Origin: a virus
Lineage: Duplodnaviria > Caudoviricetes
Length of the DNA stretch: 60,099 bases
Virus record (IMG/VR): IMGVR_UViG_3300020181_000001
Span: 1-60,099 of that record
Reading direction: 5' to 3' (one strand)
In this document: positions 42,238 through 52,537 of the stretch, in pieces
Position numbering within the stretch: position 1 is the stretch's first letter
How the letters are laid out: every line of letters begins with the position of its first letter
Made by a program: the position numbers and the translations under genes
The notes under the pieces: generated by a model
Seen by the model: the letters and a program-made list of their open reading frames with translations, nothing else
Told to the model about the DNA's origin: nothing
Databases searched by the model: none

Positions 42238-42467
42238 GATCTACCTCTTTCGACCATATTGATAAAATCTAAAGCAAAGTGGTTGTCCTCTGCTTCACGC
42301 TTTAGATAGTACAGAATCCCTCGTGTCTTCAAGCGCGACTCGTGCACCTTCTCTAAGGCCGCATCAGCTCTTTCCATTGAAGAGGTGGTGTCCTCCTGGG
42401 GAGCTGGGTCCTTTTTATGGTTCCACCACACCCGGAGTTCCTGCCTCTCTAATGGATTTGACGACAT
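42234..42467 (-). CDS. Hypothetical lysis-cassette protein
   Basis: NHFA motif; position. Confidence 0.6.
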   Translation of the reverse strand: MSSNPLERQELRVWWNHKKDPAPQEDTTSSMERADAALEKVHESRLKTRGILYYLKREAEDNHFALDFINMVERGRS

Positions 42468-42717
42468 GGCCAGTGAGGCTGGTTACTGCCTCCTGTTGGT
42501 CCATGATCAGACTGATACGCCCTTCTGCCACTTTCTCCCACTTGTCAGAAGTCGCGCGCCAGTAGTCGCGATCTTTCTCCATCTGTGCAAGCTGACCTTC
42601 GTGTGTGGAACGAGGTACCCATTGCCCGGACGCAACCAATCTGACGATGTACAACACCAGTGTCAGGAGTAGAGTGGACGGGCCGAAATCTTTGGCCAGT
42701 AGTAGAAACTGGTCCAT
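42415..42717 (-). CDS. Membrane protein (TM plus coiled coil), lysis cassette
   Basis: N-terminal TM, G.WVPR..H...RDYWR. Confidence 0.7.
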   Translation of the reverse strand: MDQFLLLAKDFGPSTLLLTLVLYIVRLVASGQWVPRSTHEGQLAQMEKDRDYWRATSDKWEKVAEGRISLIMDQQEAVTSLTGHVVKSIREAGTPGVVEP

Positions 42718-42725
42718 CCTACCTC

Positions 42726-44381
42726 CTAATCCTGAGGAATCACGACTACACTTCTGCGATCAAAGTTTGAAACCCCGGGGCCACCGGAACCCCTGTGTTG
42801 AACTGTCACTCGTGACATTCCACCAGGCTTTAAGCCACTGATGAGTGAAGATAGAGACAACGTCAATGCGGTTCCTGGGGAGGTTTTTACACATCTATTG
42901 TCGTCCGCTGGTAATGTATCAGCACCGGAAATGCGGAAGCTTGTCCGACACTCAGCCCCACTAACGGTTTCCCACATATCAGCTGCCAGGCATACCAAGA
43001 TGCGACCACTCCGTGGAGCGGTGAAATCTACGAACAAGGCATTACCTGTGTCTGTGTAAGACGTTGATGTGGTGCTGGTAAAACCGCTGGTGGCTGATAC
43101 TGTAATTGGACCATGGCTTACTTGTGTGGTGCCATCTTGGATATTGCTGATTTGAGCTTGCAGGTCTTGCTCTTTGGAAGTCAAGCGTGCAACCAGCTCG
43201 ATAGCCACAGTCTCAATACGCCGGTTGGTATTGCCTACACTGACAGTATAAGCGACTACTGTACCGACGTTGACGGTAGTACCAAGCCAAATGTAACGTT
43301 GGTCATCAATTGATACTTTATGGCCATTGTCAAAATCCAACGCGGGAATGTAGTCATTACCTGAGCCCGGAGTAATTTCAAAGGTACGACTGTTGGCGGC
43401 ATAACTTTGTCGTTTTTGTTGTTCACGCGAAAAGAAGTTACTGATTTCTGCATCAGAAATGAGATTAGTGTTGGAAATATATACTTCTCTACGGTAATAA
43501 AGATTTTCCGGGGTAGAATCTCGCGATTCATAGTATCTACGGTTAGCCCCTTCACCCAGCACCGTACTGTAAGCGTCTCGGGTATTTACGGCAACCCGTT
43601 CGTTCTTGACATGTGTTCCAGGACGGAAAATGACTTCGTCGGATTTGTCTGGATAGTATGTGGGATTAGTTGTATCCAACAACTTGACAGACCAGTGACG
43701 GCCATTCACGAATACTTCCGAAGTGGAACTAGTCGAGATATGGAAGTATCCTTGGTCAGCCATTTTCTTGACGAAATCCCAGATTGACGTTCCGATGGTT
43801 ACCACACGCTCTACTGCTAATGGAGAACTCCAGGCGTAACCAGAGGCATCATGAGTCAAAGTACCTGGCAAGCGCAGAGGCAGCACAGCATTGTCTGTTC
43901 TCCACTCTGCTTCATTCCATAGCCCTTTTACCAGACTCCAGGCGATGTGGCCTGGTATTGCTGTACCACCGATTACTCGGTCATTGCTTCGGTAACCGGT
44001 AACTGATCCTGTACTCAACCCAGGGTCAGGGTAGATCAGGGATGCACGGGTTCGTCCGATGATCCCTGCCCCTGCATAAGTGTGTAAGGTTCCTTCGTTT
44101 TGATCAAAAGCCATGTTCATATCAGCTTGATCAATGAAAAATCGATGGTTTTCTGGTTCTATGCCATCAATTTCAAGCCACACCATAGGTTGAATGCGGT
44201 AGGCCAGATCTAATCCATTTTTCCCGTTAATAGGGTAGGAGAAGGAAATGACTGGTAAATCATTAAATGGAATGCTGTAGGACAAATTTTGATAGTCAGG
44301 TAGGTCAAGGGTTTCATCCGTGTCTGGGTCCCATAAATGAAGAGTAACTGTCCCTCTATTATAGGGCTTAGGGTTAACCAT
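42726..44381 (-). CDS. Minor tail protein (hub/tail tip with C-terminal receptor-binding-like domain)
   Basis: Follows the distal tail gene; RREVYI and DFDNGHKV motifs. Confidence 0.8.
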   Translation of the reverse strand: MVNPKPYNRGTVTLHLWDPDTDETLDLPDYQNLSYSIPFNDLPVISFSYPINGKNGLDLAYRIQPMVWLEIDGIEPENHRFFIDQADMNMAFDQNEGTLHTYAGAGIIGRTRASLIYPDPGLSTGSVTGYRSNDRVIGGTAIPGHIAWSLVKGLWNEAEWRTDNAVLPLRLPGTLTHDASGYAWSSPLAVERVVTIGTSIWDFVKKMADQGYFHISTSSTSEVFVNGRHWSVKLLDTTNPTYYPDKSDEVIFRPGTHVKNERVAVNTRDAYSTVLGEGANRRYYESRDSTPENLYYRREVYISNTNLISDAEISNFFSREQQKRQSYAANSRTFEITPGSGNDYIPALDFDNGHKVSIDDQRYIWLGTTVNVGTVVAYTVSVGNTNRRIETVAIELVARLTSKEQDLQAQISNIQDGTTQVSHGPITVSATSGFTSTTSTSYTDTGNALFVDFTAPRSGRILVCLAADMWETVSGAECRTSFRISGADTLPADDNRCVKTSPGTALTLSLSSLISGLKPGGMSRVTVQHRGSGGPGVSNFDRRSVVVIPQD

Positions 44382-44390
44382 CTTTCCCCC

Positions 44391-46079
44391 TTACGCGCTT
44401 AACCACGCTTTACGGTACCAGATACGAATTGCTGATTTAGTAGCGTGTGCACCCTGCATAGCAATGCTGATCTGAGTGGGAACAGGGGGACCATAGGCGT
44501 CTATTCCAAGACCCAGGCCAAACTGTCCGAGTGCTACGGTCGCTTTGACATACCTATTATCCGGAGGAATAGTAAACCAGCTTGCACTACCGTAGTGGTG
44601 GATGCTAGAACTTCCGACCTGGGTAAAAGGGATACCAAAACTTGGCGTCATGCTGTCAGTGGTGTATGTGATTTCTTTTGAGGGTGAACCTCCAGGATAG
44701 CCAGACCAACCGGAATTGATGCTGGTGTCTCCATCCATGTAAGCCAGATCAGAAGAGCTGTTTCGTGCATGGATATCATCGACGTAAATCAAATCACCGG
44801 AGACTGCCGACTGAGCTTCAAACGTGACTTCCACATACGTGGTCGTGGCTGGTGTGGTTAACGAACCTGAGTTTACGTTGGTCCAGGCTGAAGTACTGAC
44901 TACACCTTGACCTACAGTTACAGTTGAGCCTACCTGTGAACCGCCAACTGACGTGAAGTACTTGATTACCATGTTCACGGTACGGGAGTTTACTCCCATG
45001 CGTACGTGTCCCTTTACTCGGAAGGGTTGGGACCCTCCAAGGAAAAAGCCCGTTTTGATCCCTAATGCGCCTGAAGAGGTTGCATTGGTTCGAGCAAACC
45101 AATTGCTTCCCACACGGGGGCTGGAGAATCCGGCAGACGATGAATTATGGATCTGAATAGTTCCACTGGAGACGCCGGAAGTAGCCCAGTCTGTACCGTT
45201 AACGAGCATACTCAAGGTGGGTAGAGTAGTTCCACCGGTCGTAGATGAGGAAGCTCGATATTCAAAAGAGGGATCATAAATCAGATTCGGTGCTGTAGCT
45301 ACTGTGGTTTTGTCGAGCCAACGAGCTTCCCATATACCGGTAAAGACTCGGGTAATAGTTGTGTCAGAGGGGGTCCCATCCAGTGACAACACAAGAGTGT
45401 TCTGCCAAAAAGTCCCTTGGTCTGTACCTAGAGAAATCACGGCTTGAGAAAAAGGACCGATGATATCAATGATAGGGTCAACAATCGGCGCATTACCGAG
45501 TTTACCTGTTAGAGGTGTACCCGCCGCATAACGTTGTCCGAACTCATAACCTGGAGCAGGGGTAACCATGTTGTAAATATTTTGATATCCCCCGTTATCA
45601 GTATTCGGAAAGAGGGTAAACGACTGATATTCGGTCTCTCTCCAAAAAGGATCATGTAATTGAATTTCAATCGATAGACGGCCTAATGGGTTTTGTCCGT
45701 TGGTAGACCAGTCAATGACGTTCTGGACAGACCCTCTAGCTTCCCGGATGGTTCCATCGTATCGGTGATACCGAATTACTAAGTCCCGATGGGCCACACC
45801 GAAAAGGCCATTTAGCGTGTCGACAGCTTTCAAAAACTTCTGTCGTTGCCCACCGGGTTCAGTAGGAATGGTTCCATCTTCATTGACACCGCGTACCCAA
45901 AGGTTCCACACGATGGTGTTTTGATCGTATTGCTTGCTTGCGAACATAGACCCGTGACGCCCGGAAACAAGGGTGTTTGAAGTCCTCTTTCCGGGCGCAC
46001 GTAGAACAGCAGCCAGTGAATCTACGTTCCTCGCAAGGGTCTTCATGTTGATACCGTCAACATATAGAGCTTCTGACAC
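44391..46079 (-). CDS. Distal tail protein with inserted carbohydrate-binding module
   Basis: Directly after the tape measure; DPFW motif; internal NLIYDPSFE...YVDD CBM-like insert. Confidence 0.8.
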   Translation of the reverse strand: MSEALYVDGINMKTLARNVDSLAAVLRAPGKRTSNTLVSGRHGSMFASKQYDQNTIVWNLWVRGVNEDGTIPTEPGGQRQKFLKAVDTLNGLFGVAHRDLVIRYHRYDGTIREARGSVQNVIDWSTNGQNPLGRLSIEIQLHDPFWRETEYQSFTLFPNTDNGGYQNIYNMVTPAPGYEFGQRYAAGTPLTGKLGNAPIVDPIIDIIGPFSQAVISLGTDQGTFWQNTLVLSLDGTPSDTTITRVFTGIWEARWLDKTTVATAPNLIYDPSFEYRASSSTTGGTTLPTLSMLVNGTDWATSGVSSGTIQIHNSSSAGFSSPRVGSNWFARTNATSSGALGIKTGFFLGGSQPFRVKGHVRMGVNSRTVNMVIKYFTSVGGSQVGSTVTVGQGVVSTSAWTNVNSGSLTTPATTTYVEVTFEAQSAVSGDLIYVDDIHARNSSSDLAYMDGDTSINSGWSGYPGGSPSKEITYTTDSMTPSFGIPFTQVGSSSIHHYGSASWFTIPPDNRYVKATVALGQFGLGLGIDAYGPPVPTQISIAMQGAHATKSAIRIWYRKAWLSA

Positions 46080-46094
46080 GCTGAACCCCTTTCC

Positions 46095-48893
46095 TTACGG
46101 GAACATACCAAAGGCTCTCAGTTTGTTAAGAGACCTGACCGTAGATTCAGTTCCTGTTTCGGCAACAGGATTATTATTGTTGACTGTGATGTTCCACGGT
46201 GATCCATCCTGTGTGTACATACCAGGAGACTGCTGTCCGTGTAGGTTCATCAGCCCGGATGACGGAGCACGAAGTTGTTCGATCCGTGTGGCAGCCATAG
46301 ACGGGCTTAGCTCAGCCTGTGCCAGCGCTAGGCTGCTCTGCAATGTGCTACGTAGCTTAGGCGCAGCTTGACCGATGCCCTTAGCAAAGTCAGTCATGAG
46401 GGCACGACCGGAGTACAGTGTGTAGCCTTTACCTGAGAACGGTCCTTCTTTTGCCGGAGAGAAGGGTAGCAAATTACGCGCTTTGCTTAGCATGTCTTTT
46501 ACTTCTTGAACAACCTTACTCGCCATGTCTTTGATGCCTCGAACAAAACCGGAAATCAATGCTTTACCGGATTCATAAAGCTTGGAGCCAAGATTACCGA
46601 GGGCATCGACAGCCTTACCAGGGAGATCCTTAATCCATTGAATTACCTTACCGATACCTTCACCGACTGCTCGGTTGGCATCAGCTAAAGCATTTTTGAT
46701 GGATTGGACAATGCTCGTCCAGGTAGTAACGATCCATGTCTGGGCCTTTGTAAAAGCATTAGTAATTGTGGTGACAATTCCATTGAAGATCTCAACGGCT
46801 TTATCCCACAAGCCTTTCCAAAATCCCTTAATAGCATCGACAAATCCCATAACGACGCCGACAACAAATTTAGCTGCAATTTCTAGGACATCACCTACAG
46901 TTGTCCAAATTGCGCGCCAAACAGACGTCAGGATATCTCCCGCTGCGGACCAAATTGTTTTGATGAATGTTAGCGCACCGTCAAGCAAACCCTTTAGCAT
47001 GGTTACGACACCGCTAAAGATTTGAACAATTCCGTCCCAAGCTAATTGCCAGTTTCCGGTAAAAATACCGACGATGAAATTAATGATGCCGGTAAAGACA
47101 TCGATAATTCCGAGGACAATTCCCTTGATGATGTACCAGGCAGCTTCAACTACACCAGAGATCAAGTTCCAGGCAATTACGAAAGTGTCAACAATTAATC
47201 CGAAGATCGTTTTGATAATCGAAAGAACAGGTGGCCACACGGTAGTCATGAATGCGGAAACGCGTTCAATGATAGCCTGAATAATAGGCCAGACAGCTTG
47301 AGCTAAACCCTTGATCTTTTCCCAGGCTTGCTGGAAGAAAGGAACCAAAGCGTTCCAGGCAGCCATCGCTTTTTCTTTGATGCTGGTCCAAAGAGCACTC
47401 AACTTTTCACCGAAATTCGACCAGAACCAGTTCGCAAAAGCTTGAGCCCAAGAAACGATCTTGTCCCAAATACCCTTGAGGAAAGCTGAAACCGTATCCC
47501 AGTTTTTCCAAATCAACCACACGACAGCGGCTACAGCAGCGATGATCAGGATTACCTTGAGGGCGATAAGCATAACTGCGCCAAAAGCTATACCTGCCAC
47601 TACAAGAACTGCTTTGACTGCTGCGAATGCTGTGACAAGCCCGATGATAGCTCCGACAATCAGCAGCAAAGCGGCTGCGACAGCAAGACCAATTGTAATC
47701 CACTTCTGCATGGTCGGGCTGAGGTTGCTGAACCAGTTAATCAACGAGGTAACCCATTCAGTTACCTTGCGAATAACAGGAATGAGTACTGTACCCATTT
47801 GGATTGCAGCAGTCTCAAGCGAGCCTTTGAGTTGTTCGACTGAACCAGCTAAATTGTCAAGCCGAGTCTTGGCTACATCTGCCGCACTGATTGACCCGAT
47901 AGCTTGGCCTAGATCAATGAAGCCTTTTTTACCGGTTTCCGCAACAACAGCAGCAGCACGGATAGCATCAGACCCGAACATCACTTCCAGTGTGGCCATC
48001 TGCTGTTGCTTAGTCATCCCTTTGAGAGCGGTCTCAAGCACGCCACCGATGTCAGCAAGAGACTTGACATTACCTTTGGCATCAAAGAACTTGTTAGCAG
48101 TTCCGTTAGTTGTAATACCTAATTGGTCAAAGAGCTTGATTTGGTCTTTCGTTGCGGGCTGTAGGTTCATGAGCATTGTCTTGAGAGACGTACCCGCGTC
48201 TGAACCCTTAATACCTGCGTTACCCATAGCAGTAATAGCTACAGCCATGTCATCGAATGACATACCAACCAGAGCAGCAGCTGTACCGGCTTGAGACATT
48301 GAATAACCAAAGTCACCGACATCAATTGCAGACTTGTTAGCCGCACCCGCGATTTTGTCAACGACATTATTCATGTCTTTGGCTTCAAGGTTGAACAAGT
48401 TCAAAGCATTAGCAGCGATCTCAGCAGCCGTAGGCAGATCCACACCACCAGCAGCAGCTAGCGCTACTGTGGCATCCGCAGCACCATTGAGAATATCCGA
48501 GGTGCTGACACCTGCCTTGGACAGTTCAGACATTGCTTTAGCAGCCTCAGAGGCGCTGAAAGAAGTGTCCTTACCGATGCGGAGAGCAGCGTCACGGATC
48601 TGGTCCATCTCTTGTGCGGTAGCACCGGAGACTGCCTTGATTCCACTTAGCTCTTTTTCAAAGTCTGAAGCAGCGTTAACGGCGAGAGCCAGGCCGCTGG
48701 CAATAGCCAGACCAGCGACCGTTACCCCTTTACCCACATCGCCAAGGACATTTTGCATACCCTTGCCTTTGGAGGTGGCCTCTTTTTCTAAACCGTCGAT
48801 ATCTTTTTTAGCCTTGCCAACACCGCTACCATCGTAGTCAATCTGGATTCTGCCGCTGATCGAACCTAGCGAATAACTAGCCATCTTGACCAC
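46095..48893 (-). CDS. Tape measure protein
   Basis: TP901-type N-terminal region (FSASEAA...GS.AGT.LK) and W-periodic helical repeats. Confidence 0.95.
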   Translation of the reverse strand: MVKMASYSLGSISGRIQIDYDGSGVGKAKKDIDGLEKEATSKGKGMQNVLGDVGKGVTVAGLAIASGLALAVNAASDFEKELSGIKAVSGATAQEMDQIRDAALRIGKDTSFSASEAAKAMSELSKAGVSTSDILNGAADATVALAAAGGVDLPTAAEIAANALNLFNLEAKDMNNVVDKIAGAANKSAIDVGDFGYSMSQAGTAAALVGMSFDDMAVAITAMGNAGIKGSDAGTSLKTMLMNLQPATKDQIKLFDQLGITTNGTANKFFDAKGNVKSLADIGGVLETALKGMTKQQQMATLEVMFGSDAIRAAAVVAETGKKGFIDLGQAIGSISAADVAKTRLDNLAGSVEQLKGSLETAAIQMGTVLIPVIRKVTEWVTSLINWFSNLSPTMQKWITIGLAVAAALLLIVGAIIGLVTAFAAVKAVLVVAGIAFGAVMLIALKVILIIAAVAAVVWLIWKNWDTVSAFLKGIWDKIVSWAQAFANWFWSNFGEKLSALWTSIKEKAMAAWNALVPFFQQAWEKIKGLAQAVWPIIQAIIERVSAFMTTVWPPVLSIIKTIFGLIVDTFVIAWNLISGVVEAAWYIIKGIVLGIIDVFTGIINFIVGIFTGNWQLAWDGIVQIFSGVVTMLKGLLDGALTFIKTIWSAAGDILTSVWRAIWTTVGDVLEIAAKFVVGVVMGFVDAIKGFWKGLWDKAVEIFNGIVTTITNAFTKAQTWIVTTWTSIVQSIKNALADANRAVGEGIGKVIQWIKDLPGKAVDALGNLGSKLYESGKALISGFVRGIKDMASKVVQEVKDMLSKARNLLPFSPAKEGPFSGKGYTLYSGRALMTDFAKGIGQAAPKLRSTLQSSLALAQAELSPSMAATRIEQLRAPSSGLMNLHGQQSPGMYTQDGSPWNITVNNNNPVAETGTESTVRSLNKLRAFGMFP

Positions 48894-49183
48894 CTCCTAA
48901 TGGATCACGGAATTGACGCTTACCTACATCAGCCTCTTCACCCATCCACGTGCGCATTCGCATTTTCCGCACTCTCTCGGCTGCTCTGCCACTCTTATCG
49001 TTTTTAATCTTGCTAACGGAACGTTCAATATCCGCTTCTAGCGAGACACCGAAGAGTTGAATTGCACGGTCAAAGCAAAATGCGACAACAGGATGACTAA
49101 CGCCGTACAACTCGCTTGGTCTTACGCGCCACTGTTTTGCCAGTTGCCACGCTTCCAGCATTCTGCTTGGGCTGCTCACGAAA
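48877..49183 (-). CDS. Tail assembly chaperone, frameshifted C-terminal extension
   Basis: Overlapping ORF in the +1 frame relative to 49097..49609; TTT-CGT at 49183-49178. Confidence 0.7.
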
Positions 49184-49609
49184 TTTTTCGAGGTCTGAGC
49201 TACCTCCGACCGTATACTGGAAGATAAACATCTTGTCTTCCAAATCAATGTCGTCAACGTAAACCTTCTCGGGGTCGCGTTCTTGACCCTTCTTAGGCAC
49301 AGGATGGATTTCCGGTTGATTGACAACGTGTACAACGATTTGATTTACAGTATCGACAACCTGCATAAGGCTCTTCTTGTCTTTCGCGAGGGCCTCAACG
49401 TCAACTGCCTTACGGCCGTCTACACGGGCGATGTGCTTTTGGTCGACCAGCCCTGTCAGTGCATCTACCTTGTCAAGTAAGCCAAGCTCAATTAGACCTT
49501 CTACACCAGGACGGCGAACCTGACAGGTCTGACCGGAAGGGCAGGTGAGGTCATGAAAGTCGCCCTTGTTCTTTCCCCACGCTGTAACGGCATAGTTCTT
49601 CTCAGACAC
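49097..49609 (-). CDS. Tail assembly chaperone
   Basis: Between the tail tube region and the tape measure. Confidence 0.8.
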   Translation of the reverse strand: MSEKNYAVTAWGKNKGDFHDLTCPSGQTCQVRRPGVEGLIELGLLDKVDALTGLVDQKHIARVDGRKAVDVEALAKDKKSLMQVVDTVNQIVVHVVNQPEIHPVPKKGQERDPEKVYVDDIDLEDKMFIFQYTVGGSSDLEKFREQPKQNAGSVATGKTVARKTKRVVRR

Positions 49610-49662
49610 GATTTGCTCCTAGGCATAGTTAAGGGGTGACGTCCAGCGTTCCTATCCCCTGG

Positions 49663-50019
49663 TTAAAGCAGTTCGAGCACCTGAACGGTAACTGACGTGG
49701 TTTGGCTGTGCGCAATCTCGATGTTGCCCGTTGCCGGGTTGATGAAACGGCGCGGGTCACGAACCCAGAAGGCTCGTGTGGTTCCATTGGTGATGGTCAT
49801 AGCCGCATCCGGATCGAACTGTGTGGCCCCATCAGGAGAAGCTGAGGTGAAGTCATTCAGCTTCAAGACATCAGGAGAACCGCCACCGTTAGCCACGATG
49901 AAACAGTAAGTGGCATCGACACGGGCAGCTACTACGTCACCCGAAGCAGCCGCCGCAGTTCCAGCAGCTAAAGTGACAGGAGTCAGACCGCTAACGGTAA
50001 TCTTTGTAGGGTTAGCCAT
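49663..50019 (-). CDS. Putative virion structural protein
   Basis: Small beta-rich protein in the tail operon; AGGAGG RBS. Confidence 0.6.
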   Translation of the reverse strand: MANPTKITVSGLTPVTLAAGTAAAASGDVVAARVDATYCFIVANGGGSPDVLKLNDFTSASPDGATQFDPDAAMTITNGTTRAFWVRDPRRFINPATGNIEIAHSQTTSVTVQVLELL

Positions 50020-50029
50020 GTCATCCTCC

Positions 50030-50578
50030 TTACGGGATAGCTACGGCGGTTTCGTTCTGGACGAAGGTGTAAACCTTGTTCAGGTCCGCTGCAACAGTAG
50101 AAGCGATACCTAGGCCAGAAGCCGAGGTAAGGAAGAACGAGCCATCAGTGAATTCACCTTCAAGCGCGTCGTTTACCTTGGCCTTGTAGATGATGCAGTG
50201 AACATCGCCACCGGAGTCAGAAATAACCTGACCCTCAATCTTGAAGTACGGCTTTTCTGTGGTAACCAGCTTGTCATAAGTAATTTTGATGTTCGGTGTA
50301 GTACCGGTCTCGATGGCAGCACCACCGGAGAGAACTGACCAAGCGGCAAGAGAAATACCACCGGACTCCAGTTCCCATTCGACGTTGGCACCAGAACCAT
50401 GGACAGCGACTAATCGGTCATCTCCGCGTAGCTCCTCGAACTCTTCAACTTCCGAGAAAGACAGAGTCCGTGAATACGGGAGATCGACAGGAGTACCATA
50501 CGCAGTTGCGGCCGGTGTGGTAAACGGAGTTAGTCGAATATCACGGAGACCAAAAGGCAGTGCGGTAGATAGTGGCAT
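50030..50578 (-). CDS. Major tail (tube) protein
   Basis: PFGLRD...ELRGDD...PYFKIEG; position. Confidence 0.85.
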   Translation of the reverse strand: MPLSTALPFGLRDIRLTPFTTPAATAYGTPVDLPYSRTLSFSEVEEFEELRGDDRLVAVHGSGANVEWELESGGISLAAWSVLSGGAAIETGTTPNIKITYDKLVTTEKPYFKIEGQVISDSGGDVHCIIYKAKVNDALEGEFTDGSFFLTSASGLGIASTVAADLNKVYTFVQNETAVAIP

Positions 50579-50799
50579 CAGCTGTTTCCTTCCTTTCTTA
50601 CAGGGTCGCTAAAGCGACGTGTTTTGTATTGTCCCGTTGAAATGCTGAACCTGTGCAGGACAACTCTGTTTTTCCCGGCACCACACCACCGTGAACGGCA
50701 TTTGATTTCAACTACCGCTTCAGTATTTGTGTCGTCAACAACAACGATTCCGTGCAATTTCCCCTTACACCTGAGTTCCATTAGCGTCAACCTTAACAA
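50578..50799 (-). CDS. Mu Com-like Zn-ribbon protein
   Basis: MELRC.GKL...VEIKC....C; start probably MELRC. Confidence 0.6.
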   Translation of the reverse strand: MLRLTLMELRCKGKLHGIVVVDDTNTEAVVEIKCRSRWCGAGKNRVVLHRFSISTGQYKTRRFSDPVRKEGNS

Positions 50800-51043
50800 T
50801 GTCGAGTCCAGGCTGAGCTAGAACTACTTCTAGAGCAGCGTCGCTGAAGTGGCTAACGGGGACCATGTAGCCATTGCCGTTGTGCCAGCGAGCGTCATCC
50901 TGGTCTTCAACGCCATGACGCTTGAAGTCTTCGGTAGACAGCCTGCGCTCACTACCCTTACCGGCATACCTGACCACACGGGTAGCAGAGTCTTCCATTT
51001 TCTTCGGCTCTGTGGGCTTAGGGGTAGGATTGGTGCTTGCCAT
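50765..51043 (-). CDS. Hypothetical protein
   Basis: Structural-operon ORF with RBS. Confidence 0.65.
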   Translation of the reverse strand: MASTNPTPKPTEPKKMEDSATRVVRYAGKGSERRLSTEDFKRHGVEDQDDARWHNGNGYMVPVSHFSDAALEVVLAQPGLDIVKVDANGTQV

Positions 51044-51053
51044 TAGCGTTCCT

Positions 51054-51473
51054 TTACGTCGCGGCTGAGCCTGTGATTAACCATTGACAATAGCGATTGA
51101 TGGTGCGAGCTTCGTCATCACGAAAGTCATCTGAGTCACCCTGCCAGCGCACATCTTGAATCCATTTTTCATCTGACGTTTCGCTGTTTTCCAGCAATTT
51201 CATGATGTCTTTGATGCGCTCTATTGCAGAATCAATCAGCCCAAAATCAGAAGCTCGATCGTGCACCCAGATTTGAATCTGTCGTTGATTAGTAGGTGAG
51301 TTCTTGAAGGGTGCTGGTGTGGTGGCAAGTAATCTCAGTACGATGAAAGAGCCTTCTGTTGGTTGTGTGTCTTTATCGTGTTGAGTGATTACTCGATCCT
51401 CACCGAACCCAAGCGCAGTCAAGGGAGCGTCATATGCAAGAGCTTCGTATAAAGCTTGTCGTAAGCCTGCCAT
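51054..51473 (-). CDS. Tail terminator/completion protein
   Basis: QIWVHD motif; position. Confidence 0.7.
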   Translation of the reverse strand: MAGLRQALYEALAYDAPLTALGFGEDRVITQHDKDTQPTEGSFIVLRLLATTPAPFKNSPTNQRQIQIWVHDRASDFGLIDSAIERIKDIMKLLENSETSDEKWIQDVRWQGDSDDFRDDEARTINRYCQWLITGSAAT

Positions 51474-51476
51474 GCA

Positions 51477-51896
51477 CTATCTCCCTCCTGCATCCCGAAC
51501 GGCTTGAGCTACCATCACTGCCAAGCGTGGAGCTACACTAGCCATGGTGGGCCCGATGATCGCGTAACGACCAGACCACCGGATCTCTAACCACACTCCA
51601 TAATCCATTGTGTGGACAAAGTTCAAGATAAAACGCCCGTCCACACCTGCTCCTATTGCCTGTAGGCCGTTACGCGCGTTACCTGTCCGGTCAGTCCATT
51701 TAGCATTTTGTCGCATTTCTGATGAAGCTTTGACAGCCCAATATTGAAATACCATGAGGATAGCTTTTTCAGCTTTTTTATCAAACTCTGCCAGACTAGG
51801 ACGGAGAGTGTCTTTTCCCCACTTGATACTCATGTCAATCACCATGCTTAAAGATGAAGGCTCGCATGATGTAATCAAGGGGTGCTTTAGGCTCAA
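51477..51896 (-). CDS. HK97 gp10-like neck protein
   Basis: AKWTDRTGNAR...YGVWLE; start probably MSIKWG. Confidence 0.8.
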   Translation of the reverse strand: MSLKHPLITSCEPSSLSMVIDMSIKWGKDTLRPSLAEFDKKAEKAILMVFQYWAVKASSEMRQNAKWTDRTGNARNGLQAIGAGVDGRFILNFVHTMDYGVWLEIRWSGRYAIIGPTMASVAPRLAVMVAQAVRDAGGR

Positions 51897-52215
51897 TCAT
51901 GATTACTTCCAGGCGTGCTCCGGACGCTTCGTCAATCCAGTGGTCACCCACTGCAATTTCAGCGTCGTACTCACCGACCAGAATCATATCGTGGACGCGC
52001 TCTTTCCCATCGGTAGTTGTAATTGGCACGCGTTGAGACGTCAAACCAATAAGCCTGAACGTCTGCTCTGGCCGTGCGGGTCCGTCGCTGGGAATTCGAG
52101 CGCCATTCTCTGTTCTGGTGAGAATCGTAGGGATCAACGCCAATCGGAGCGGATTAGCGTTAATAAAGGCTTTGGTCAATTTGCGTTGAATACACTGCTC
52201 AATTGAGTTGGACAT
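51835..52215 (-). CDS. Head-to-tail stopper
   Basis: Position; IAVGD motif. Confidence 0.65.
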   Translation of the reverse strand: MSNSIEQCIQRKLTKAFINANPLRLALIPTILTRTENGARIPSDGPARPEQTFRLIGLTSQRVPITTTDGKERVHDMILVGEYDAEIAVGDHWIDEASGARLEVIMIEPKAPLDYIMRAFIFKHGD

Positions 52216-52526
52216 TAGAGCCTCTCAATTGGCCGCGTTCCGGAAGTTCCTTCAGTAACTTCCAGCTCTTCCTCATCGATAGCTGCTTTATACTCAGCCA
52301 TCATGGCTTTAGCATGAGCGAACAGATCACTTAGGTCGCGTCGGGACTGGTTCTCAGAAACCGTAACCATGTGAGCGTATGTACCGGCCATACCACGCCA
52401 ATATTCATACCCTGCTTTGTTCATGCTTAATTCATTGTTATCCAATAGCAAACTGATTTGCTCATCAGAAAGGTCAGTCCCACCGATGAGCATTTTAAAG
52501 CGATCAATTTCAAGGGGACTGGCCAT
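52215..52526 (-). CDS. Head-to-tail adaptor
   Basis: LSDEQI..LL...; position. Confidence 0.7.
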   Translation of the reverse strand: MASPLEIDRFKMLIGGTDLSDEQISLLLDNNELSMNKAGYEYWRGMAGTYAHMVTVSENQSRRDLSDLFAHAKAMMAEYKAAIDEEELEVTEGTSGTRPIERL

Positions 52527-52537
52527 GTTGTCACTCC

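Noticed and set aside
47461-48837. Long plus-strand ORFs opposite the tape measure (and similar antisense ORFs elsewhere)
   Set aside because: They are shadow ORFs from codon bias, with no RBS or protein motifs.
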